From: Escherichia phage vB_EcoM_Lh1B
Reading direction: 5' to 3' (one strand)
Sequence record: OK428535.1
Length of the DNA: 64,000 nt
Numbering within the stretch: the stretch's first letter is position 1; every line of letters starts with the position of its first letter. The position numbers were made by a program, and so were the translations under genes. This document shows, one piece after another, positions 1-7,473 of the stretch. The notes below the pieces were generated by a model. The model was not told the DNA's origin and ran no database searches. It saw only the letters and a list, made by a program, of their open reading frames with translations.

Positions 1-232
1 CTTCATCCATTTTGCAGTGATGGCATTACCTTGCTTTACAGTAAGGTTGTCAGTACCACTTAAACTGTTGTGTTGCTTCTCTACAGGTGTCTCTGTTGCA
101 TCGACAGCTGTAGGATTAATAAAGTTAACTTCGATAGGGATGACTTTAACTCGAGTGGCACCACGAGGTTTATCTTCCGCGACGATACCTATCGAGAAGA
201 TGTGCAACCCTGACTTAGATTTATTCATACCA
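1..232 (-). CDS. hypothetical protein, 5' part (ORF continues past left edge)
   Basis: Reverse-complement of 1-232 translates without stops from ATG (comp. 230-232): MNKSKSGLHIFSIGIVAEDKPRGATRV...; GAGGAGGG SD-like sequence upstream on minus strand; absent from ORF track because truncated. Confidence 0.5.
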
Positions 233-408
233 CCCTCCTCTCATACTACACTTTTTTACGTTTCGATCTCATCGTTTGACAATCGAGGAGTGTACGGGGG
301 TAAGGGGGTTTATGTATTGGATGCGAACATAAACGGAGGTATCCGTAGGATACCGACATCCTTTTTGTAGTTGACCTTGACTTTTAACCTAACGAGGAGT
401 GCAGTACC

Positions 409-726
409 ATGTCTTTATTTCAAACCATTAAAAGTGCATTAGAGCGTAATGATGCAGACAGTGCCTTTACTGCGTTACAGAAAGCCAGTAACGGGAAGCT
501 AGACAGCGTCTTTGCTAACAATCAAAGAATGCGCTTTTACAAAGTGGGGGAAGTAGACCAGTTCTACGACGAACTGTTTACGGGGGTAGTGCAAAGCGCG
601 GTATACGCCATGCCGACTGAACAATTAAGTCAGTTTGAAAAAGGGATGCGTTACCAGCGGTTAAGTAACGACTACGCATTACTGAATCTGGCTATCGATG
701 ACTGCGTCGTGCTGGTCGTATACTAA
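409..726 (+). CDS. hypothetical protein (105 aa)
   Basis: ORF track; GAGGAG 8 nt upstream of ATG. Confidence 0.55.
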   Translation: MSLFQTIKSALERNDADSAFTALQKASNGKLDSVFANNQRMRFYKVGEVDQFYDELFTGVVQSAVYAMPTEQLSQFEKGMRYQRLSNDYALLNLAIDDCVVLVVY

Positions 727-733
727 GTTTTTA

Positions 734-757
734 CAGATAGATGTCATCTTAGTGAGC
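734..757 (+). promoter_or_regulatory. class A upstream motif, divergent copy
   Basis: CAGATAGATGTCATCTTAGTGAGC resembles the AGAYAGATATTAYCTA family; intergenic upstream of 847 gene. Confidence 0.3.
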
Positions 758-846
758 ATTGTGTATAAACCCACAGTCGCTTAAACACCAACTGTTCTTT
801 AGTAACAGTTTTTGGTCGCTTTAGTGTACTTTAAAGGAAATACCAA

Positions 847-2085
847 ATGTATAACGAATACGAATTAGTTTACCAGACACCGAAAGAAGCATTCTTTAAT
901 GCAGTAATTACTAACTCAATTGTACTGTTGGGAATGCAGTTCAGTATTCGGAGTATGGCTTACAGCGACGTAACGTGGCAGGATTGTGCGTACCTGCCAC
1001 AAAAGCTCTCAACCGTTGTCGAAAAGCGGCTGCTTGACAAAGGGGAAGTAAAGTGCCGTTTAGGCCACCACGTCTCTGACTTTGAGCCGTGGGTTGAGTT
1101 AACCATGACATTCGAAGGGGATTCGCGGGTAGCTTACCTATCGGGTAATCAAAACATCGGACGCGCCATTGCTGAGGGTAACACAATGTGGGTGCACTAC
1201 ATTCTTACTCTGCTGACCGGTAAACCGGTGTTCGAGTTAACACCTGACATGCCCGCACTAAGCGATAGCAACTGGTGGACTGGCGGAGAGCTGAATACAG
1301 GGTTTAATGAGAAATTACAAAACTTTAATTCAGAGCGACTCGATGTTGATGCGGAAGTGTTAGTGCAGCAGTTCCCCGAATTCACTGCGTACCAAATTAC
1401 TACCGTATGGAATAGAGCGGTAAGCAAGCGCAGATTCTACACGAAAAACGCACCGCGTGAAGCAGCCAAACCTGTGGAAATTGACGAAGACACCAAAGAA
1501 GCACTGCGTGATCTAGTCACCATAGCCAATGATAGCAATATGATGTTCTGGACATCTGATGAAAACGCTAACCATTATTTCGGTGAGATGTTAGACGCCG
1601 ATGTTTGGTCAGTAATGCCGATAGCAGAGCCCGGAAACCTTAAAGATTACCATAAGGTCGAAAAAGGCGATGTGGTTAATGAGAAGGTCGTCACCCTTCT
1701 TAACGTTTTCCGCGAAGTTATCCAGTCAGAAATACTGTTAAGCATCTATAAACGCAAGACCCCGGCCAGTGAAAATGACACGGCGTGGGTATTTGACTGT
1801 CGACCGACAAATACAATATCGCCTGCGTTCTGGATACAGGTGACAGGAAAGCTGCAGCGTGTGAACAGTTCCGTTGTTTCTCGCCTGCCAGATTCTGAAA
1901 NGCGCTCCGTTGCCGAACCTGCTTATTTGNTGTCGGNGAAGGNGGTANGGGATGCGTGGGGTACCAACGAACTGAAACAGTGGCATTACGATGCCATCAT
2001 CAAATGGGGTGTTAACAATGGCTGGAAAGAAGTGACTAAGTACGGCCGTCAACTATTGTTTGTCGCTGATTTGCGTTTACTGTAA
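847..2085 (+). CDS. hypothetical protein (412 aa)
   Basis: Long ORF; AAGGAA upstream; followed by terminator hairpin; contains n-masked codons near C-terminus. Confidence 0.7.
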   Translation: MYNEYELVYQTPKEAFFNAVITNSIVLLGMQFSIRSMAYSDVTWQDCAYLPQKLSTVVEKRLLDKGEVKCRLGHHVSDFEPWVELTMTFEGDSRVAYLSGNQNIGRAIAEGNTMWVHYILTLLTGKPVFELTPDMPALSDSNWWTGGELNTGFNEKLQNFNSERLDVDAEVLVQQFPEFTAYQITTVWNRAVSKRRFYTKNAPREAAKPVEIDEDTKEALRDLVTIANDSNMMFWTSDENANHYFGEMLDADVWSVMPIAEPGNLKDYHKVEKGDVVNEKVVTLLNVFREVIQSEILLSIYKRKTPASENDTAWVFDCRPTNTISPAFWIQVTGKLQRVNSSVVSRLPDSEXRSVAEPAYLXSXKXVXDAWGTNELKQWHYDAIIKWGVNNGWKEVTKYGRQLLFVADLRLL

Positions 2086-2095
2086 TCTCGTCATC

Positions 2096-2124
2096 GGGGG
2101 TCTTGTACCCCCTTCTTATTTTTT
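2096..2124 (+). terminator. intrinsic terminator
   Basis: GGGGGTCTTGTACCCCC hairpin followed by TTCTTATTTTTT. Confidence 0.7.
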
Positions 2125-2145
2125 AACCGTAAAGAGTATTTAACC

Positions 2146-2727
2146 ATGCCACAACCAATTATTGAACAACATGAAATGAACTACGAAGAACTGACCCGCC
2201 GCTATCGCGTGAAAGCCCCACGGGTAGTAGAAGGTTGCGAGAAATACAAAGAAGCAGACTTCGTGGTATTCCAACGCGAAGGTGTTCCGATGCTGGTGTT
2301 CGTAAAACACGTCACCACCGATAACGACGACCGTCTAGTGATGCTGTATAACGTGATGGCTACCGTACTAGATACTGATATTGGGTTGTTACGTCGTTAT
2401 AAATCATCCTACGAACAGAAAGCGAAGGTGGTTGCTTTTGACTTACCACGCACGGTACTAGTAGATGGTTCCCGTCCGGCTATTCTTCGTTTTACGAAAA
2501 GCGAAGACGACAGTAACCCAGCGCATATTGTTCAGCCACTAACGCTGTCGCAAGATACGTTACAGCAGAACGGTGGGATGGATTGGCTAAACGTCATGTT
2601 ACCGGGCCTAGCTGAAGGTCAGGAACTGCATCTGGTTTGCTACACCCCATCCGTCGAGCACACCTATGCGCGTTACCTTACCGAAGAACACGGTTTCCGT
2701 AACCACCGTGGTATTTACATTGCGTAA
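2146..2727 (+). CDS. hypothetical protein (193 aa)
   Basis: ORF track; follows terminator; no recognisable motif. Confidence 0.65.
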   Translation: MPQPIIEQHEMNYEELTRRYRVKAPRVVEGCEKYKEADFVVFQREGVPMLVFVKHVTTDNDDRLVMLYNVMATVLDTDIGLLRRYKSSYEQKAKVVAFDLPRTVLVDGSRPAILRFTKSEDDSNPAHIVQPLTLSQDTLQQNGGMDWLNVMLPGLAEGQELHLVCYTPSVEHTYARYLTEEHGFRNHRGIYIA

Positions 2728-2736
2728 GGTGAGTGT

Positions 2737-3300
2737 ATGTTCCGTTTACTAGAAATTCGAAACGATATCTGGCAAGAGCACATCCGCAACGATCCGGAGT
2801 GGGAAGGGGTTGAAAGTGATTTACCGGATAACCCCGACCAGCTGTTGGTGTTCCTTTATAGCGATAAAGCCAAACAGATCAAGGGGATATTTGAACGTAA
2901 AACGACAAGCTTGTCGACCTTACTGAGCTGCATTTGCTGTGGCGTCAGTGAGCTTGATCCCAATCTATTCACCAACTATCTTGCGCGTAAAGTCCGTACA
3001 CCGCTACTGGAGGTTACACTCCCGCCAGATATTCGTATCAGTAAAACTGTACCGACTGTTTTGCGTTTACAGGATGTCTCTGGCAGCAGCGACGACGGGG
3101 AAACAACGATTACCCTTTCCTCGTCAGAGAGTGAACTCGCAACCGAATCGTTTCTTAGCGAAGTCGAGGCCGGATTAAAGCAGGACGTAATCGTCTATAA
3201 TCTCGGCGGTGTGCCCATTGAGCCCATTTTACACTTCTTTGAAAGCCAAACCTGCCATCTCGTAGAGAGCTTAACATATCACTTTAAAGGAGCCTTATAA
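2737..3300 (+). CDS. hypothetical protein (187 aa)
   Basis: ORF track; AAGGTGAG upstream. Confidence 0.65.
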   Translation: MFRLLEIRNDIWQEHIRNDPEWEGVESDLPDNPDQLLVFLYSDKAKQIKGIFERKTTSLSTLLSCICCGVSELDPNLFTNYLARKVRTPLLEVTLPPDIRISKTVPTVLRLQDVSGSSDDGETTITLSSSESELATESFLSEVEAGLKQDVIVYNLGGVPIEPILHFFESQTCHLVESLTYHFKGAL

Positions 3301-3584
3301 TGAAACTCGAAGGTTATATTGTTACTGATAAGCCGTTTGTTGAGGCTAACCTTTCACGTTCTCAAGTTGTCTATAAAGACATCGATGTCCCTGCTGAAAT
3401 TGTTAAAGCGAANCCCAGCTGGCNAATCAACCNCGTTTCTTTGGAAATCACNAANCCGTTTATCAACGANCCAACCGNCCCATTTGTCGACATGGGTAAT
3501 TTCCGCGAGATTCTTTCCCCGCATCAATACCAGACAGTTGCACAGAAGAAAGGGAAGCTGCTCATTGAAACGTTGAGTGTGTAG
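3300..3584 (+). CDS. hypothetical protein (94 aa)
   Basis: ATG overlaps upstream stop (TAATG); AAGGAG upstream; n-masked middle. Confidence 0.55.
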   Translation: MKLEGYIVTDKPFVEANLSRSQVVYKDIDVPAEIVKAXPSWXINXVSLEIXXPFINXPTXPFVDMGNFREILSPHQYQTVAQKKGKLLIETLSV

Positions 3585-3589
3585 TTTAT

Positions 3590-3630
3590 CTCCAGTAACC
3601 ACGAGGGTTACTGGAGTCCTCTTATTTTTT
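3590..3630 (+). terminator. intrinsic terminator
   Basis: CTCCAGTAACC-ACGAG-GGTTACTGGAG hairpin followed by TCCTCTTATTTTTT. Confidence 0.75.
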
Positions 3631-3663
3631 ACACTTAACTCAAATTAATTTGAGGTGTGGTAT

Positions 3664-4251
3664 ATGACAGAACGTATTTTACGACTGCAAGAGAACAAGT
3701 TAGAAGACCTGCACGTAATGCGTAGTCGTGGCTTGTTTCCGGTGGGGCTTGATGTGAGTGGATTATTAACTGCCGCAGAGCACGGGGATAGGGTCATTAC
3801 AATGCATTCGCGTGGGAGCGAAGTGGTCTCTGCGATTTTCATCGATAAGGTTATTCCAGACTCGGAAAGCGGTAGGGAGGCAGGACACATCATTTACGAA
3901 TACTTTCGCAGCATTCTATACGAGGAAAAGATAAATGTCAAAACTTTTATGGAGTACGCTAAGCGAAATAACTACATCGATGCGCGACTGATGGTCACGG
4001 AAGGCACCCCAACTATAAACGGTAAAGTCCATCATCGTTTACTTGGGGCGCAGTTGCCGAGACTGGGTGAGTTACCGACGNNGNTAGAGCTANACCAAAA
4101 AACAGATTGGCGACACAAAATCGAAGTGCTTCACAAGCTTTACGATTTATCGATCGTTCAAATCAAACTGGTGGACTTCACGCCTGCAAATATGCAAATC
4201 GCTAAGCGAGCATTGGGTTTTCGTATTCTTAACACAACCTTCACATTGTAA
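3664..4251 (+). CDS. hypothetical protein (195 aa)
   Basis: ORF track frame; start moved from GTG 3655 to ATG 3664 with TGAGGTG upstream. Confidence 0.65.
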   Translation: MTERILRLQENKLEDLHVMRSRGLFPVGLDVSGLLTAAEHGDRVITMHSRGSEVVSAIFIDKVIPDSESGREAGHIIYEYFRSILYEEKINVKTFMEYAKRNNYIDARLMVTEGTPTINGKVHHRLLGAQLPRLGELPTXXELXQKTDWRHKIEVLHKLYDLSIVQIKLVDFTPANMQIAKRALGFRILNTTFTL

Positions 4252-4256
4252 AATAT

Positions 4257-4283
4257 CTCAGATATATATTACCTAGGTGAGAG
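4257..4283 (+). promoter_or_regulatory. class A upstream motif (phage promoter-like)
   Basis: CTCAGATATATATTACCTAGGTGAGAG; near-identical copy at 62815-62840. Confidence 0.5.
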
Positions 4284-4303
4284 TTAAGAGATTAACTCAA
4301 CTG

Positions 4304-4331
4304 GCTACCCTCGGGTAGCCTATTCTTTTTT
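4304..4331 (+). terminator. intrinsic terminator
   Basis: GGCTACCC-TCG-GGTAGCC hairpin followed by TATTCTTTTTT. Confidence 0.75.
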
Positions 4332-4334
4332 AAA

Positions 4335-4350
4335 CCAATCGACTATAGAG
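4335..4350 (+). promoter_or_regulatory. class B upstream motif
   Basis: CCAATCGACTATAGAG directly after terminator T-run, about 20 nt before ATG. Confidence 0.4.
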
Positions 4351-4356
4351 TAAAAC

Positions 4357-4758
4357 ATGACTATCAAGAAGTTCTTACAAGCAGTAGTAGTTCTGGCCGC
4401 ATGTGGTATTGCAGCAACTTATGCTTTCGATAAGCCAGACGTGACTGAATACACATCAGCTGATTCGGATTATGGCATTGCACCGAATGAAAAACCGGAA
4501 CTGATGCGTGAGGTCGAACAGTTACAAATCTACAGACTGACGGACGGTAAGAACTGCACAGGGCTGGTTATCGCTGATAAGAAATTGAAAATGTATCAGC
4601 GGTTAATCGACATATCGTGCAATCAACCAAAAGTCACCTCGGTCAGTGTATCGCCACTGGAATTACCGAATTTGGTTGCTGTGAGCTTTTATCACAACGA
4701 TGTGCTCGTCGGTCGCATCACCCTCAATCGTGGAGATATCAAAAATGAAATGCAATAA
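4357..4758 (+). CDS. putative lipoprotein (133 aa)
   Basis: N-terminus MTIKKFLQAVVVLAAC with LAAC lipobox-like signal; preceded by terminator and conserved upstream motifs. Confidence 0.6.
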   Translation: MTIKKFLQAVVVLAACGIAATYAFDKPDVTEYTSADSDYGIAPNEKPELMREVEQLQIYRLTDGKNCTGLVIADKKLKMYQRLIDISCNQPKVTSVSVSPLELPNLVAVSFYHNDVLVGRITLNRGDIKNEMQ

Positions 4759-5236
4759 CGTCAATCGCCNCTTGGCCAAAGTGGTGCTTTTTACTGTGCT
4801 GTTGATGGCAGTTGTTGTTGGGCTACGGATTTCTAAGGCACGCGCTGACGAATTCAGCGGGTTCCAGGGCAGTATTAACGGCAGCATTCCAGCATATACC
4901 CGCACCATCAATCTTAATGATAAGCCGTTCTGGTGCAATGCGCGTAAGCTGCTTAAGAAACAGTGTCGTGTAGTTGACATATCCTTCAACGGTCGTGTCG
5001 CTATCGTACACCGTCCTGGCGATAAAGATTGCCCAGGTGGTTGGTGGGGTGCAGTCGACCGTCACAATGGTGACGCGTTATGGCTTATCCCTAATCGTGA
5101 TGAACTATCAGTGGAGAAAATTTGCAGCAAAGATTTCAGGGCCGGTTTTGTACAGCGACCGGATACCAAAACTCTGGCCTCCATCGCTATGTACTACGGT
5201 ATGGAAACCATCAAAACAATCGACTATTCAGAATAA
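4745..5236 (+). CDS. small exported/membrane-anchored 4-Cys protein (paralog family member)
   Basis: Start set to ATG 4745 (GGAG upstream, 14-nt overlap with previous gene); hydrophobic N-terminus; PFWC motif and 4 Cys shared with next gene. Confidence 0.6.
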   Translation: MKCNNVNRXLAKVVLFTVLLMAVVVGLRISKARADEFSGFQGSINGSIPAYTRTINLNDKPFWCNARKLLKKQCRVVDISFNGRVAIVHRPGDKDCPGGWWGAVDRHNGDALWLIPNRDELSVEKICSKDFRAGFVQRPDTKTLASIAMYYGMETIKTIDYSE

Positions 5237-5258
5237 CTCAAAAAATTGAGGTACTATT

Positions 5259-5669
5259 ATGAAACATTTTTTATTACCAGTTTTACTTGCTACTCTGGCC
5301 ATTAGCTTCTTCGCTCGCGCTGGAAGTATCGAGTTACCAAAAGTTGTTAACGATCACGAATACGGCGGGCCGTTCTGGTGCCAGAACTCTGACGTACAAG
5401 GCGGTAGCTGTCAGATCGTTGCGATGTCCGATAACAACCGTTACCTGTTAGTGAAAACGATGGGCGGTGTCGCATGTGGCGACCCTGAATACGGGGTTAT
5501 TAACATGGCAACAGGTCAGGCCGAATCCATGAACTACAATGATAACCAAGCCTGCAGTGGTGAAGCCGTTGCTGAGTTTACTCGCGACCCAGGTGATAAT
5601 GCCCTGACGGTTATCATGTACGACCCTACGATTAAGAAAAACGTGGGCATCAATAAACTCGACTTTTAA
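5259..5669 (+). CDS. small secreted 4-Cys protein (paralog family member)
   Basis: Signal-peptide-like MKHFLLPVLLATLAISFFARAGS; PFWC motif; 4 Cys. Confidence 0.65.
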   Translation: MKHFLLPVLLATLAISFFARAGSIELPKVVNDHEYGGPFWCQNSDVQGGSCQIVAMSDNNRYLLVKTMGGVACGDPEYGVINMATGQAESMNYNDNQACSGEAVAEFTRDPGDNALTVIMYDPTIKKNVGINKLDF

Positions 5670-5682
5670 GTAAGGAAACAAC

Positions 5683-6066
5683 ATGCGTGGACTTATGGGT
5701 ATTATCGCGGCGGTGTTCTTGACCGCTTCTGCTTCAGCTACAACCAGCGTAGAAGATTTACTGCCAGGCACACCGTATCAGTACAACCCGCCTTCATTCG
5801 AAGTCTGTACTGGCGACAATGGCAGATGTGAAGAAGTCAGCCGTCACGACGAGTATATCCTGGTCCACGCAAAGGGCGAGGAAACTTGTCCGGCTGGTTA
5901 CTACTTCTTGTTGAACTCAAAGGCACAAGAGATTGTGCCGGTAGAGACAATAACGTGCGACCCGACGCTTCGCGCGTCGCTCGCTTACAATACGAAAACC
6001 AAACAACGCCTCCTGGTTATTGAACAGCAAGGGGTGGTGCGTGGTTCAGTAGCGCTCGACCAGTAA
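5683..6066 (+). CDS. small secreted 4-Cys protein (paralog family member)
   Basis: Signal-peptide-like MRGLMGIIAAVFLTASASA; C-x7-C plus two further Cys; AAGGAAA upstream. Confidence 0.65.
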   Translation: MRGLMGIIAAVFLTASASATTSVEDLLPGTPYQYNPPSFEVCTGDNGRCEEVSRHDEYILVHAKGEETCPAGYYFLLNSKAQEIVPVETITCDPTLRASLAYNTKTKQRLLVIEQQGVVRGSVALDQ

Positions 6067-6077
6067 CCGAAAAGTTT

Positions 6078-6100
6078 TCAGACAGATGTTATAACGTGAG
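6078..6100 (+). promoter_or_regulatory. class A upstream motif, divergent copy
   Basis: TCAGACAGATGTTATAACGTGAG followed by small hairpin 6096-6117. Confidence 0.35.
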
Positions 6101-6122
6101 ATGACGACCCATCTCACTTTGG

Positions 6123-6166
6123 CCCTGCGGTGATTTCCCCAACACTTAGCCGCAGGGTCCTTTTTA
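6123..6166 (+). terminator. hairpin with T-run (terminator/attenuator-like, long loop)
   Basis: CCCTGCGG...CCGCAGGG stem with about 20-nt loop followed by TCCTTTTT. Confidence 0.4.
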
Positions 6167-6178
6167 ATCGACTATTAC
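6165..6178 (+). promoter_or_regulatory. class B upstream motif
   Basis: TAATCGACTATTAC after hairpin/T-run, before GTAAGGATT RBS region. Confidence 0.45.
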
Positions 6179-6195
6179 TCGTAAGGATTAAGCAA

Positions 6196-6696
6196 ATGAA
6201 CATGAACATTCTCGACGATACCCGTTCTTCTTTCTTTACTCAGATGAACGTCAATCCCGAACGTACCCNTGCCATTCTTTCCACTGGCTGGAAGTTAAAG
6301 CTGTTAGGCGAGTTAACCCTAAACCGCACCGACTGGCCAGAAGAAGCGACCGTATTGATTAACAGCATTCACAGCGAGTGGCTAGATGCTGCGTTGAATG
6401 CCCCACAACTACGTCCGTACTATCGGATGCTTCATGCGGGTTATGAAGTATACCGCAAAGGTTGGTACGCTGCAGCCACTTATTGCAAAACCCCTGAAGG
6501 TCGTGAAGACAACACTGTCGACCACGTATTAGTAAACAATTTCTGGGGCGACCAAATCGAAGTCTTACAACTTTCCACCGGNGACCGTATTCCGGCCTGT
6601 GAGTTATTCGAAACTAACGCACAAATGTACGAACCATATGCAATGATTCGTGGCCGTAAGGTCCCAATCATTTCCCTTATGCATATGGGGCTGTAA
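6196..6696 (+). CDS. hypothetical protein (166 aa)
   Basis: Start set to ATG 6196 downstream of hairpins and TTAATCGACTATTAC motif; track ORF starts further upstream at 6130. Confidence 0.6.
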   Translation: MNMNILDDTRSSFFTQMNVNPERTXAILSTGWKLKLLGELTLNRTDWPEEATVLINSIHSEWLDAALNAPQLRPYYRMLHAGYEVYRKGWYAAATYCKTPEGREDNTVDHVLVNNFWGDQIEVLQLSTXDRIPACELFETNAQMYEPYAMIRGRKVPIISLMHMGL

Positions 6697-6704
6697 ATAC
6701 GAGA

Positions 6705-6732
6705 GGTAGCCCGTAGGCTACCTTCTTTTTTT
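6705..6732 (+). terminator. intrinsic terminator
   Basis: GGTAGCC-CGTA-GGCTACC hairpin followed by TTCTTTTTTT. Confidence 0.75.
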
Positions 6733-6750
6733 GTTGAAGAAGGATTAAAC

Positions 6751-7377
6751 ATGAACGAGATTACCCTGATTCGTTTCATCGACGACATGGTGACGTGTCA
6801 GAAAGCGAATCGTCAGGATACCAAACTGCGTATCAATCTGATGGAAGAAGAGGTAGAAGGGTTTCTGGAATACCCGCGATTGGTGAAGTGGTTTAAAGAA
6901 GCGCTGCCGCGTAGCTGGGAACAGCTAGAAGCGTGGTTTGCTCTACCTATTGCAGAACGTAATCCCAATAATACGATCTTCACCGGAACTACTGCATTAG
7001 ATTTGGCTGGTTCGGTGGAGCAACCTAAACGTTTAGTTTTCTTCTACGTCAATGGCGATTCAATAATGGCTGATACAGTTAACTGGATTTCCGATGAGTT
7101 AACTGTAAACACCACTTTGGTCGGTAGCGCTGCTGATGCCTGGGTTGTTGGTCAGCACCAATCGCAACCGTACGAAGAAATCAAAACCGGTTATTTAATC
7201 CCGATATATCTCGACGGCGTGGCACCGGGTCGCAGCGCAGAACTGTTCAAATTCCTGCTTACTGAAACGTTAAAGGTTGTCGATTCTGATGCCGGGCGTG
7301 CGTGGTATGAATTAACCAAAGAGCGCACCGATAGTTTTTGGGAATCACTCGGACACCGTAAGTTTATTCCGCAATAA
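6751..7377 (+). CDS. hypothetical protein (208 aa)
   Basis: ORF track; bracketed by terminators; no clear Mre11 phosphoesterase motifs. Confidence 0.65.
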   Translation: MNEITLIRFIDDMVTCQKANRQDTKLRINLMEEEVEGFLEYPRLVKWFKEALPRSWEQLEAWFALPIAERNPNNTIFTGTTALDLAGSVEQPKRLVFFYVNGDSIMADTVNWISDELTVNTTLVGSAADAWVVGQHQSQPYEEIKTGYLIPIYLDGVAPGRSAELFKFLLTETLKVVDSDAGRAWYELTKERTDSFWESLGHRKFIPQ

Positions 7378-7388
7378 CTCTCCTCTCT

Positions 7389-7420
7389 GGAACCCTTCGG
7401 GGTTCCATTTNTTCTTTTTT
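7389..7420 (+). terminator. intrinsic terminator
   Basis: GGAACCC-TTCG-GGGTTCC hairpin followed by T-rich run. Confidence 0.75.
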
Positions 7421-7473
7421 ACGCATGACCTTTTGGATATGAACNNCTAATNCTTTCTCATTANAAGGCAAAC

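Noticed and set aside
17-370. Plus-strand 117-aa ORF at the left edge
   Set aside because: Lies entirely opposite the better-supported minus-strand ORF (1-232) that has an SD sequence and a plausible start; no RBS; composition looks like an antisense shadow ORF.
941-2052. Minus-strand ORFs nested inside the 847-2085 gene (941-1186, 1197-1427, 1738-2052), and similar nested antisense ORFs throughout
   Set aside because: Fully embedded in longer, RBS-supported ORFs on the opposite strand; typical shadow ORFs.
6751-7377. Mre11/SbcD-like nuclease partner of the Rad50-like ATPase
   Set aside because: No DxH, GDxxD or GNHE phosphoesterase motifs recognisable in the 208-aa product.
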